Positions 36,725 through 45,797 of a stretch of 64,000 nucleotides of DNA are shown in pieces. The stretch lies in IMG/VR virus record IMGVR_UViG_3300010347_002584, positions 1,443 to 65,442 of that record; one strand, 5' to 3'. The first letter of the stretch is position 1. Each line of letters starts with the position of its first letter. The stretch is from a virus. Its lineage: Duplodnaviria > Caudoviricetes. The notes below the pieces were generated by a model. The model searched no databases and was not told the origin of the DNA. It saw only the letters and a program-made list of their open reading frames with translations. A program made the translations under genes and the position numbers.

Positions 36725-39700
36725 CTATCTACGAATTCCAATCACAGTAATATACGCGTTCAACAATTTCACTGATTCTGGAACAGCTGAAATTTCTTCA
36801 GGTTCTTTCGTAAAATCAGTTTCCATCATCGTTCTAATATACGCATTTTTCAAATCAATACAATCACTTTTTGTTGTTAGAAACTCTGATAAATTTATCG
36901 GAGCATCGTGAGCAATCATACATGCAGTTTCCATTTCACCCATTCTCTGACCACCTTTATTTTTTCTTCCCCCAAGAGGTTGCAGAGTCCTTCTAGCATA
37001 AGAGGCAATTCCTCTTGCTGCTAATCTATTCTCGGCTATATGAACCATTCTAAAGAAATACATATACCCTACTGCTACTTCTTGTTGTAAAGTGGTCTTT
37101 GAAATAGGATCATAAATTGGAACCTTATATGGAGTTTTTGTATAATCCATTGCATTCTTTACCATATCATCTGTAACTGATTCGAATGGTGCCTGAATAA
37201 GACATAGATTATTTACAAAATTCTCTGTTACCTCTCCTAACTGCTCCTTAAATTGCTTAGAATACCATTTATTCTCTGTTCTATCAATAATGTCAATATA
37301 GTCTAGTAGATACTTCCTTAATGTTCTCTGACTCTTTCCATCTTTTATCATCTGTAATAGTTTTGTTTTCAAGTCTTCAAGAGATTTGGATAAATGTAAC
37401 TCAAACAACTGCCCAACATTCATCCTAGAGATAATACTGAGAGGATTGATACAGATATCAACATGTCGACCATCTTCTAATTGTGGCATACTTTCATGTG
37501 GAATAATCTCTGTAACAACTCCTTTATTCCCATGCCTATTGGCAATTTTATCTCCTGGTTTAATTGGTCTTGCATACATCCCATATAATTCTACATAGAC
37601 ACCATTTATTTCTTCACCTTTAATTTTATATTTTCCTACATTAGAAAATTTATCTAAATTATGTTGTCTAATTAATTGTGCTGCTACATCTTTTGGGCAA
37701 TTCTTTGTTATTACATCTTGGATTTTCTTCTGTTCTTTAATTTGACTTGAAATTTTTTCTTCAATAAACGCATTCCATTCTGGAATTCCAGTATGCCATT
37801 TATTAGCATATATATTTACATCTGTAATTAAGATTTGTCTTTTCGCATTTAGTTTAATAGGTTCTTCAAAAATTGTGCAGAAGTCAATCGGGCCTTCTGG
37901 AATCCCCTTCATAATTGCATAGGGTTCTCCAGTTCCAATTTTCTCCGGTTTTGATAAATTAACAGTAGGGAGTGGTTTATACTTATTATTTTCAAGACTA
38001 AGAAGAACTTTATCCGGAGGGACTACAAAAGAAAGATCTGTATAATGGATTGAAGTAAATAATTTTTCTTTAACCACTCTATCAGAAAGAACAATTCCAT
38101 CTTCATAATTCTTTCCATAATAAATCATTACACCAGTTAATAAGTTTTTTCCAATATTTATTTTTCCATCTGTGCAGAAATTGCTTTCTGCGAGTATATC
38201 TCCAGCTTTGAACTTATCTCCAACTTTAACATACACCTTAGTTATATCCATATTATCAACATATATTTTTCTTAGTGATATGTTAAAGATATCTATTTCT
38301 TTGTTTGAATATACTACAACTAAGTAATGATTATCAAGGAATATTACTTCTCCATCTTTCTTGGCTCTTTTTACAAATTGTGTATAATCAGTATATAATC
38401 CTTCACACCCTGATTGAATCATTGGTTTATCAAAACTTGTCAACATTATTGCCTGTCTCATCTGAGATGAAGACATTTGTAATCTAGTCTGGTCATCGTG
38501 TTCCAAAAATGGAACTAGACTAACTGGAATAGAAATTGGTGCTTGATCTAGTATATTATCAGTAAACATTAAGTTATTATCTAAATCAACATTTGGAAGA
38601 AGATTTTGAAGAATTCCGCAATTATCTCTATCAGGGGTATCTACTGAGCACACCCTTCCAAACATACTTGGGCAAACATCCCTTAAATATTCTGGGACAT
38701 TTTCCCTATTGAAACCACCAGGACCTAAAAGGCTCGCTCTAGAAAGTTTTGTAAGTTCGTCTACTGGGTTAATTGAAAAGTCAAATTGAACAATGTCAGA
38801 AACATTGCACTCAGATAAAATTGCATTTGAGTTTATGTTAAATTTTGGTTGTTTAGATGTTCTGTTTGACATACACAAGTCAAAAACTGCTTTCGCAACT
38901 TTTCCTAAGATAAGATACTCAAAGCATCTAATTCTCTTATTTTGGTAGTTTGTATCGTCAATACCATCTGTACTAATAGCATATACAATCTCATCTATAA
39001 GAGTATTTGTTTTAAATAATTTTTTAGACATGATATCTACTTTTGGAATAAGGTCTATACAATATAATAAATCTTCTCCTTTTGATCTTGCGTCATATGT
39101 AGAAAATTTTGATCCTACTTCTTTAATGTATTCTTCCCTCTTCTCTCCATCATAGCCATCTGCCCAATCTTTTAAATCAAACATTAAGAAATCAATAAGT
39201 CTTGACTTATTAGTCAAAACAATTGGTTGCATTGTGGAAAGACCGTACATATCATTAAGTTTTTCAAAACCATAGTATGCTAACATTACCAACGAAAGAG
39301 GAATCTTTTTTCCAAGAATTGTCAGATGAATATAAGGAAAATCCTTCTCTTTGGAAATAATCATATTTGCTACATTTGTTCGTAACTTTATTGTTTCACC
39401 TCTTGTTACAATTGGAATATCAAAAATCTGAAATTGTGGTATCTTCTTTCTTCCACTAATAACAATATAGTTATCATCAACAAGTTTTGGAATATACATA
39501 CTCAAATCAATTTCAGATGTTCCTTTTTGTAACTTTATAACTAGATTCTTTTTTAGACTTTTTTCTAATTCTCCAGCTGAAGTTCTAGAATCTTTTATCC
39601 CAAATTCATTTATAGAAAATCCAAGTTCTTCAGCAGGTTTTAAGATTTCTCTAATATTGGATTCTAATTGGTCATATTCCTGTTTTCGTATAATGAATAT

Positions 39701-39745
39701 ATTTTTTTCTTTATTCACCTTAAATTTAGGATTTACGATTTCCAA
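36725..39745 (-). CDS. rpoB: multi-subunit RNA polymerase beta subunit (phage)
   Basis: GPGG..RDV, PFLEHDD..R..M, YEDGIVLS, GDKIANRHGNKGVV, SRMNVGQ, GGQRMGEME. Confidence 0.95.
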   Translation of the reverse strand: MEIVNPKFKVNKEKNIFIIRKQEYDQLESNIREILKPAEELGFSINEFGIKDSRTSAGELEKSLKKNLVIKLQKGTSEIDLSMYIPKLVDDNYIVISGRKKIPQFQIFDIPIVTRGETIKLRTNVANMIISKEKDFPYIHLTILGKKIPLSLVMLAYYGFEKLNDMYGLSTMQPIVLTNKSRLIDFLMFDLKDWADGYDGEKREEYIKEVGSKFSTYDARSKGEDLLYCIDLIPKVDIMSKKLFKTNTLIDEIVYAISTDGIDDTNYQNKRIRCFEYLILGKVAKAVFDLCMSNRTSKQPKFNINSNAILSECNVSDIVQFDFSINPVDELTKLSRASLLGPGGFNRENVPEYLRDVCPSMFGRVCSVDTPDRDNCGILQNLLPNVDLDNNLMFTDNILDQAPISIPVSLVPFLEHDDQTRLQMSSSQMRQAIMLTSFDKPMIQSGCEGLYTDYTQFVKRAKKDGEVIFLDNHYLVVVYSNKEIDIFNISLRKIYVDNMDITKVYVKVGDKFKAGDILAESNFCTDGKINIGKNLLTGVMIYYGKNYEDGIVLSDRVVKEKLFTSIHYTDLSFVVPPDKVLLSLENNKYKPLPTVNLSKPEKIGTGEPYAIMKGIPEGPIDFCTIFEEPIKLNAKRQILITDVNIYANKWHTGIPEWNAFIEEKISSQIKEQKKIQDVITKNCPKDVAAQLIRQHNLDKFSNVGKYKIKGEEINGVYVELYGMYARPIKPGDKIANRHGNKGVVTEIIPHESMPQLEDGRHVDICINPLSIISRMNVGQLFELHLSKSLEDLKTKLLQMIKDGKSQRTLRKYLLDYIDIIDRTENKWYSKQFKEQLGEVTENFVNNLCLIQAPFESVTDDMVKNAMDYTKTPYKVPIYDPISKTTLQQEVAVGYMYFFRMVHIAENRLAARGIASYARRTLQPLGGRKNKGGQRMGEMETACMIAHDAPINLSEFLTTKSDCIDLKNAYIRTMMETDFTKEPEEISAVPESVKLLNAYITVIGIRR

Positions 39746-39759
39746 TTGAAATCCTCCTT

Positions 39760-39990
39760 TTAGTTTGGAGTTGTTTCCTCCATTGAATTTACTATCTGGC
39801 TAAACATTTTTACCAGAGTTGAATCTGATCGTGATGAAAGGAACCGATCGCTCATTCGAAGATATTGGCTATTTAATCTTATAAACTTAATTAAAATTCT
39901 TCTTTGGTGTGATCGTTGTTTTATCATACTCTCTAGTTGATCAGCCTGGTATTTCACAAACTCCATATTATTTAGTATTTTTTCTTTCAT
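39760..39990 (-). CDS. small hypothetical protein between RNAP subunits
   Basis: 76 aa, coupled to the rpoC stop. Confidence 0.55.
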   Translation of the reverse strand: MKEKILNNMEFVKYQADQLESMIKQRSHQRRILIKFIRLNSQYLRMSDRFLSSRSDSTLVKMFSQIVNSMEETTPN

Positions 39991-42686
39991 AATTTCTCAC
40001 CACATAGTATTTTATCCATAATTCCACTATATAAACCTCTATGAACTATACCCTTTAAAATATGTCTCTTTGGATTAGAAAATCCAAGTCCTAATAACCA
40101 ACTTTCTTTGCTTGGAACAGATTGAACACTATGATAATCAGGTACAATTTTATCTCTATTCTCTAATAGTCTCCATTTGGAATTTCCTTTCCACATCATT
40201 TGAGAAACAACACATTCAAAATGAACATGATATATATCTCTATTTGAGTTATATACCCTAAATAATTCAGAAATTAATTCTTTATATTGTTTCTCTTTTT
40301 TCAGATGAAGAAGCTTACTAGCACTATCTAAATCACTTACAATATCTAGTTGCTTCATTTGTTCATCTTTATTCATTTTGGCAACACCAGATGTATGGAA
40401 AGTTCTCAAAATCAACTGAGTGTTACACTCCCCTAGAGATTGTGCAGCAATTACACCAATAAACTTACTATGCATATTTCTAAAAGATTCTCCATAGCAA
40501 GTATGACAGATATCTTCACTCTTACAGAAAATTGGACTTCTCACTTGAATGGTTTTTCCTACAAAAGCTTCACAATTTTCTGGATCAATTAAAACTAGTT
40601 TATTATAGCCTGGAATCTTACAATACTTATTGACTAACATTTTTGCTTTCTTCAAACTATCAACATAAACATCTAAACAATCTGTAGTTCCACAATCATT
40701 TAAAGTTTCATGAAGTTGAAGATTTGCACAAGTAAATATAAGTTTTCTTGATAAATATCCAGATGCTCCAGTATTCAACGAAGCATCCAATAATCCCTTT
40801 CTACAACCGTAAGTGGACAGGAAAAACTCATGCTGGGTCAACCCATCTAGTAAACTATGTTTAATTGGCGTAGCTAAAATCTGTCCCCTAAAATTTGAGA
40901 TAAAACCTCTAGTCATAACTATCTGTCTTACTTGTTCCCAACTACCTCTTGCACCAGAAGTTATAAGATATGAGTAACTAAAATTATTTTTCAAAATATT
41001 TTCTAATTCATTACTAGAAACTTTTTCCAACTGTGAAATAGTATCATCTCCTTCATAAAGAGAATTTCGTATAGATTTTGAATTTTCAATTCTACATGCA
41101 TCCAATGATAAAGTCGTTCCTAATAAAGTTGAATATTTAAATCCTTTCCACTTAATTTCATCTAACACATTTTTTGTAACTTCTTCAGAATACTTATTTT
41201 TTATATCATTTAAGATTGCTATCAATTCTTTCTTTCCAACAACATAATCAATAATAGGATAATCTTCTGGTAATGCTTCATTAAATAATCGTAATCCTTC
41301 AGTAATTTCTTTTCCTTTAAATTCAACTTTATTTTCAAGATTTGAAATTCTATGAGATGTTAAAGCATAAATTCCAAGAACAATATCTTGACTAGGAACT
41401 GTCGTTAAACTTTCATTTGCTGGATTTGAGAGGTTTTTTGTAGATAAGAACTTTTTCTTTACTTCTTCTTTTGCTTCATCAGATACAGGAATATATACTG
41501 CCATCTGATCTCCATCAAAATCTGCATTAAATCCAGAGCAGACTAATGGATGAATCTTAATAACATTATCCATTGACATCTTAATTTTGAATCCGATCAT
41601 ACTTAATCTGTGTAATGATGGTTGCCGATTAAGAAGACAAAACTCGTTTTCAATGGCTTCTTCTGCAATTCTATAAAGACTTGGAATTTTAAAGTCAATA
41701 CAATTATCTATAAAATCGACAGCATCATTTAGAAGTTTAAACTTTCCAAGCTCAATTAAAATCTTTGATATCTTAAGCTTAAATAGTTCTAAAATCATTA
41801 CATAAGGAAGACAACATTCATCCAGAGAAAGAGTAGGATCTGGAATAATAACAGCTCTTCCAGAAAAGTCAATTCTCTTTCCTAGAATATTTCCTCTAAT
41901 CAATCCTTCTTTTTTAGATAGTTTCTCAATTATGTGTTCATAAAGTTCATTGACATCTTTTTGTATTTGTTTAAAATAGGTATAAAATATTCTCTTATCC
42001 TTCGAGATACTAAAACTTGTATTTCGCATTGCTTCTTTCTTTGTTAGTATTTGTACATAATATCTATTTATCTTATCTATAACCTGATTATTTCTTTCAA
42101 TTCCTTTAGCAGCAGGTCTCAAATCCGGGGGTAGCACTATTACATTATTCAGAAATAATAAATGTAAATTATCCTTGATTATTTTCCAATTGGTATTTCC
42201 ATGTTTAATATTATCATTTGTAAGACCACTAACCAATTCATGAATAGCTTCTAACATTTCCCATCTTTTTGCTTTTTCTGGGACATTTTTATCCTCTACA
42301 CATACATAGTCGTCACCATCCTTGTATAAACTAACATCATCTTTTTTCATTAAAGTATCTATCATACTTTTAACATTGTTTCCACCAATGCTAATAAGTA
42401 AATCATAAAAAATAGGATTTACTACTGGAATTGGAAGAACTATTTTCGCAAATCGTTGTCTTCTAACATTATTATTAACTATATCTACTTTACATGTTTT
42501 ACACTTTCCTCCAGATTTAGAAGATCCATAATAAATTCCACATTGGCATGTGTAGTTTTTCAATGGTCCAAATATCTGTTCAGAAAATAAACCTTCCGGG
42601 TGGAATTTTCTTTTAGTTACTATATTTGGAGATGTTACTTCCTCTAAATTTTCACAAAACTTATTCTGATCTAATAATGTGGGCAT
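39987..42686 (-). CDS. rpoC: multi-subunit RNA polymerase beta' subunit (phage)
   Basis: IFGP..Y.CQCG, GKRIDFSGR, NRQPSLH, catalytic NADFDGDQMAV, SGARG, GYLSRKL, TQLILRTFH. Confidence 0.95.
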   Translation of the reverse strand: MPTLLDQNKFCENLEEVTSPNIVTKRKFHPEGLFSEQIFGPLKNYTCQCGIYYGSSKSGGKCKTCKVDIVNNNVRRQRFAKIVLPIPVVNPIFYDLLISIGGNNVKSMIDTLMKKDDVSLYKDGDDYVCVEDKNVPEKAKRWEMLEAIHELVSGLTNDNIKHGNTNWKIIKDNLHLLFLNNVIVLPPDLRPAAKGIERNNQVIDKINRYYVQILTKKEAMRNTSFSISKDKRIFYTYFKQIQKDVNELYEHIIEKLSKKEGLIRGNILGKRIDFSGRAVIIPDPTLSLDECCLPYVMILELFKLKISKILIELGKFKLLNDAVDFIDNCIDFKIPSLYRIAEEAIENEFCLLNRQPSLHRLSMIGFKIKMSMDNVIKIHPLVCSGFNADFDGDQMAVYIPVSDEAKEEVKKKFLSTKNLSNPANESLTTVPSQDIVLGIYALTSHRISNLENKVEFKGKEITEGLRLFNEALPEDYPIIDYVVGKKELIAILNDIKNKYSEEVTKNVLDEIKWKGFKYSTLLGTTLSLDACRIENSKSIRNSLYEGDDTISQLEKVSSNELENILKNNFSYSYLITSGARGSWEQVRQIVMTRGFISNFRGQILATPIKHSLLDGLTQHEFFLSTYGCRKGLLDASLNTGASGYLSRKLIFTCANLQLHETLNDCGTTDCLDVYVDSLKKAKMLVNKYCKIPGYNKLVLIDPENCEAFVGKTIQVRSPIFCKSEDICHTCYGESFRNMHSKFIGVIAAQSLGECNTQLILRTFHTSGVAKMNKDEQMKQLDIVSDLDSASKLLHLKKEKQYKELISELFRVYNSNRDIYHVHFECVVSQMMWKGNSKWRLLENRDKIVPDYHSVQSVPSKESWLLGLGFSNPKRHILKGIVHRGLYSGIMDKILCGEKL

Positions 42687-42688
42687 GT

Positions 42689-42907
42689 TTAGTCTCCCGA
42701 TGTTTTATCTAAAAGATCAACAGCTATTGTTCTTAGATGCTGTTTTACATTTTTTGCAATCATGACTTCAATGTTTGGCATCACCTCCTTAATTAACTGT
42801 TTTAGTTCTAATTTTGTAATTTCCCTGTTTTCTTTTTTCATTGTTTCCTTTACAAGTTCAACAATTTCTTCTTCTAACTGAGGACCAAGAAGACCTTTCT
42901 TTTTCAT
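42689..42907 (-). CDS. small hypothetical protein
   Basis: 72 aa directly upstream of rpoC. Confidence 0.55.
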   Translation of the reverse strand: MKKKGLLGPQLEEEIVELVKETMKKENREITKLELKQLIKEVMPNIEVMIAKNVKQHLRTIAVDLLDKTSGD

Positions 42908-43177
42908 TTATTTGATCTCCTCTATTTCAATAATAATATCCTTTGGCTTTTCTTCTGATTTCTTTCTTTCAATTGCATTAACGATTTTCTTATGATTAAA
43001 ATCAAAAACAATATGAGTTAGATTTTTAACAGCTTTTTCTATTGGTTCTTTTAAATCAGTTACTAGACCACTTAACGTATCCAAGATCTGATTTCTATGA
43101 ATATTAGACATTAAAAACCTCCTATCAAAATTTTTTATCATAGGAGAAAGCAAACCAAGCAGAAAAATAACAATCAT
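42908..43177 (-). CDS. small hypothetical protein
   Basis: Likely starts at MSNIHRN behind GGAGG. Confidence 0.5.
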   Translation of the reverse strand: MIVIFLLGLLSPMIKNFDRRFLMSNIHRNQILDTLSGLVTDLKEPIEKAVKNLTHIVFDFNHKKIVNAIERKKSEEKPKDIIIEIEEIK

Positions 43178-43466
43178 TCATATTATATGTAGATAATAAT
43201 TTATCTAAACTCCTAAGAGATTCCTTAGAAATTTTTAAGTTATCTTTGAATGTTTTAGACAAACAAAACTCATTTGTTTCTGGATCACTATTTGGATGCT
43301 TTCCATTAATAACCACTTTTTCAACATTTGACTCATCATCTAAATATATAGAATATCCATTGATTATAAAATCGGTTTTTATCGAAGTAATTTTCCTGAC
43401 TGAGTCCTTATATATTACTCTCGCAGGAACTACAATCTTTTTAAATTTTAGTACTCTTTTTTTCAT
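43125..43466 (-). CDS. putative E2 (UBC-fold) protein
   Basis: HPN-x8-C (HPNSDPETNEFCL) followed by LDKLLSTYNMND, resembling the UBC post-catalytic helix. Directly downstream of a ThiF-like gene. Confidence 0.5.
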   Translation of the reverse strand: MKKRVLKFKKIVVPARVIYKDSVRKITSIKTDFIINGYSIYLDDESNVEKVVINGKHPNSDPETNEFCLSKTFKDNLKISKESLRSLDKLLSTYNMNDCYFSAWFAFSYDKKF

Positions 43467-43474
43467 CTTTATTC

Positions 43475-44359
43475 CTATGCAGAACCATCATCCGGAATTA
43501 ACTCAATGACTGGACCCTGTGGTGTTATCGGTGAAAATGAAACGATATAGTAATTACTTTGGAATCTCAATTGAATTAATGGAATTAAAGTTATCATCAA
43601 GTCATTTACTTCAGATAATCTATTTGGAGGAATAACTTCTTTGACTGTTGGTCTATCCTTTCCACCAACATATACAGTTATGGGTGAGTTTTTATTTGCA
43701 GAAATTATTGGTTGTGAATATTCTACTAAATTCAATAATTTATGATCCCCATTACAATAATCATATATTATATCTGGTATGTTTTCTACTCGATTGAGTT
43801 TATCTTCTACTTTTTTATCTAAATAATCTAACTCAAATTCTTGAACTAGGTTTTTATCAATTAACTTTTGAATATTATTACTATTTATTAAATTTGATAC
43901 AATTGCAGCTGCATATAACAGATGATGTTTATGAATTATAGACGAGTAGGAACCTTCCCTATTCTTTTCATATATAATATTATTTCTACAATCTACAATT
44001 AATTTTCTTGAAGAAATATACGTTCGAATCGAAGGAGTATTTTCGATCTTATCATATCGAAAATCTCTACAGTCAATAATCAAATCAAAAATTTGATGTA
44101 TTTCTGTTGAGTTAAATCTAATTGCTATTCTATCAACAACAATTTTGTTGATATTCTGTTTTATTTTATCATATATAGCATCTATTTTCAATCTTCCAAT
44201 GTCATTTTCATCATATAGACTTTTTCCTACATTATTTATAGTTACCGTATCATAGTCTATTAACGTTAATTTTTTTAAGTTAGTATTTGTATCTACAAGA
44301 GTTCGGGCCAAAAAACTTCCAAATGATCCTAATCCGACTAAACAAATACTACTATACAA
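43475..44359 (-). CDS. ThiF/E1-like adenylation protein (divergent, second copy)
   Basis: ICLVGLGSFGS, LTLIDYDTV...N, K.DA, DLIIDC.D. Lacks NxxRQ and an obvious catalytic Cys. Confidence 0.75.
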   Translation of the reverse strand: MYSSICLVGLGSFGSFLARTLVDTNTNLKKLTLIDYDTVTINNVGKSLYDENDIGRLKIDAIYDKIKQNINKIVVDRIAIRFNSTEIHQIFDLIIDCRDFRYDKIENTPSIRTYISSRKLIVDCRNNIIYEKNREGSYSSIIHKHHLLYAAAIVSNLINSNNIQKLIDKNLVQEFELDYLDKKVEDKLNRVENIPDIIYDYCNGDHKLLNLVEYSQPIISANKNSPITVYVGGKDRPTVKEVIPPNRLSEVNDLMITLIPLIQLRFQSNYYIVSFSPITPQGPVIELIPDDGSA

Positions 44360-44408
44360 TTCACCATCCTCCGCATATTAGTTTGTTCTCACTTACTCAG
44401 AAGGCATC

Positions 44409-44654
44409 TCAAGTTCCCTCCATAATAGAAACTATTTGTTCCATACATGAATTTACAAACTTTATTTCCTCAATAGTCATTCTTCCAGATGCTTTATATG
44501 ATGATGTTCCATCATTTTTTTCAAACCTTCTGGAAAATTGTAGTTTTGGTTTTCCCCCATCATAGGATAATATTGATACTATAAAAAAATTTCCATTTCC
44601 CTGAGGCATTTCAAATACTTTTAGTACTTTATCTCTATCTTGATTATATGCCAT
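44409..44654 (-). CDS. PC4/YdbC-like ssDNA-binding protein
   Basis: VSILSYDGGKPKLQFSRRF..DG...SGRMTIEE pattern. Confidence 0.6.
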   Translation of the reverse strand: MAYNQDRDKVLKVFEMPQGNGNFFIVSILSYDGGKPKLQFSRRFEKNDGTSSYKASGRMTIEEIKFVNSCMEQIVSIMEGT

Positions 44655-44673
44655 ACTATTATCTCCTTGGTAA

Positions 44674-44777
44674 TAGTGGGTGGGTTACAATAGGTTACTC
44701 CTTGAAAACTAGTCGGTGTAAGGGGAAACCCTTTGTGGATCTAGCATCAAGTTCCTCCCTACGTCACCCACCCACTA
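44674..44777. ncRNA. 104-nt rod-like structured intergenic RNA candidate
   Basis: 12-bp perfect outer stem TAGTGGGTGGGT/ACCCACCCACTA with nested helices TAGG/CCTA, CTTGA/TCAAG, CTAG/CTAG and AAGGG-GAAA-CCCTT. Confidence 0.5.
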
Positions 44778-44783
44778 CTTAAT

Positions 44784-45272
44784 CTACCTTACTTTTGGAA
44801 TCTTTTCTGCAATTCTCTTTTCTTTCTCAGTTGGTTCAGGTCTGAACTCTGATTTAAATTTAAATTGCTTGGAAGTTTCTTCAAGGGGATAGAATCTTGG
44901 AACATAAACATTCTTACTTCCTTCAGGAATAAAAAATGTTTCGTTTATTCTGGCAAGTTCATCTTCAGTCATTTCTTTTTTAATTTTAAATAAAACAAAT
45001 GAAGGAAATCTCTGTCTCTCAGCATTTATTTCATCAGAGTTACCTTTCTTCATTACTGCTTTAACAGCTCTACCATGAGCAATATATCTTGCAACTGACT
45101 TCTTATGCATATCGAGAAGAGATCTAACAGCAATTCCTCTTGAGACAATAGACAAGTCACTCTTATCAACAAGAATACATGCTGTATAGATATTTCCAAT
45201 CAAATCATCTGCTTCATAGTAATACTTTGGAAACAGGTTTCCAATGTCAATCTGTTTGCCATCTTCCATCAC
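44784..45272 (-). CDS. phage hypothetical protein
   Basis: SRGIAVRS..D.H.K..AR.IA.GRA pattern seen in phage proteins. Function unknown. Confidence 0.6.
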   Translation of the reverse strand: MMEDGKQIDIGNLFPKYYYEADDLIGNIYTACILVDKSDLSIVSRGIAVRSLLDMHKKSVARYIAHGRAVKAVMKKGNSDEINAERQRFPSFVLFKIKKEMTEDELARINETFFIPEGSKNVYVPRFYPLEETSKQFKFKSEFRPEPTEKEKRIAEKIPKVR

Positions 45273-45297
45273 TTTTCTCCATCGTTGTAGTAATATT

Positions 45298-45329
45298 TTC
45301 CCCAGCTCCCTTTTCAGAGAGCTGGGGAA
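45298..45329. terminator. hairpin downstream of the Ubl gene
   Basis: TTCCCCAGCTC/GAGCTGGGGAA 11-bp inverted repeat. Weak U-tract on minus. Confidence 0.5.
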
Positions 45330-45337
45330 TTCATTTT

Positions 45338-45787
45338 TTAGCCTTTCCGGCCAGCAGGTTTTAGGAACTCAAGGTTATCTCCCTCTTTGAGACAATATGA
45401 ATCTTCCACCTCTTTACCATTAACAACTCCTCTGGACATACGATCAACATTAAGAACCTCCCTGAGGAACTCAGCAACTGCACCAACAGTCTTTCCAACT
45501 ACAGGGAAATTTCCGTATGAAGCACCACAAGATACTAGAATTGTAGTTGTGGTCTTGTTCCCTTCTGAAGAAGAAGGATTTGTAACCTTACTATGCAATA
45601 CAGACCTCATCTCATCAAGGTTCTGACTTCCAGTTTTATTCCCAGAAACAGTATCTTGTCTGTAGTATGATAGGAGGGCATCAACAATGATATCCTTCCT
45701 CTTCTTGCTCATACCAACAATACCAAATCGAGTACAAATGCTACGAAGTTCATCTACAGTTTTCGCTTCAAGTTCTGCTCTAGTCAT
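45338..45787 (-). CDS. ubiquitin-like (beta-grasp, Prok_Ub/ThiS-type) protein with N-terminal HeH/Rho_N-like domain
   Basis: C-terminal ...VNGKEV..SY.LKEGDNLEFLKPAGRKG-stop. N-terminal LEAKTVDELRSIC...GMSKKRKD.IV..LL. Confidence 0.85.
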   Translation of the reverse strand: MTRAELEAKTVDELRSICTRFGIVGMSKKRKDIIVDALLSYYRQDTVSGNKTGSQNLDEMRSVLHSKVTNPSSSEGNKTTTTILVSCGASYGNFPVVGKTVGAVAEFLREVLNVDRMSRGVVNGKEVEDSYCLKEGDNLEFLKPAGRKG

Positions 45788-45797
45788 TTCAATCTCC

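Noticed and set aside
36725-42686. Bacterial chromosomal rpoBC locus, or introns/inteins in the RNAP genes
   Set aside because: No flanking ribosomal protein genes, reversed order, and a contiguous phage structural module. The ORFs are shorter than bacterial ones, with no splice or intein motifs.
44674-44777. SRP (4.5S) RNA or tRNA identity for the rod hairpin
   Set aside because: Lacks the SRP domain IV consensus around the tetraloop and has no cloverleaf.
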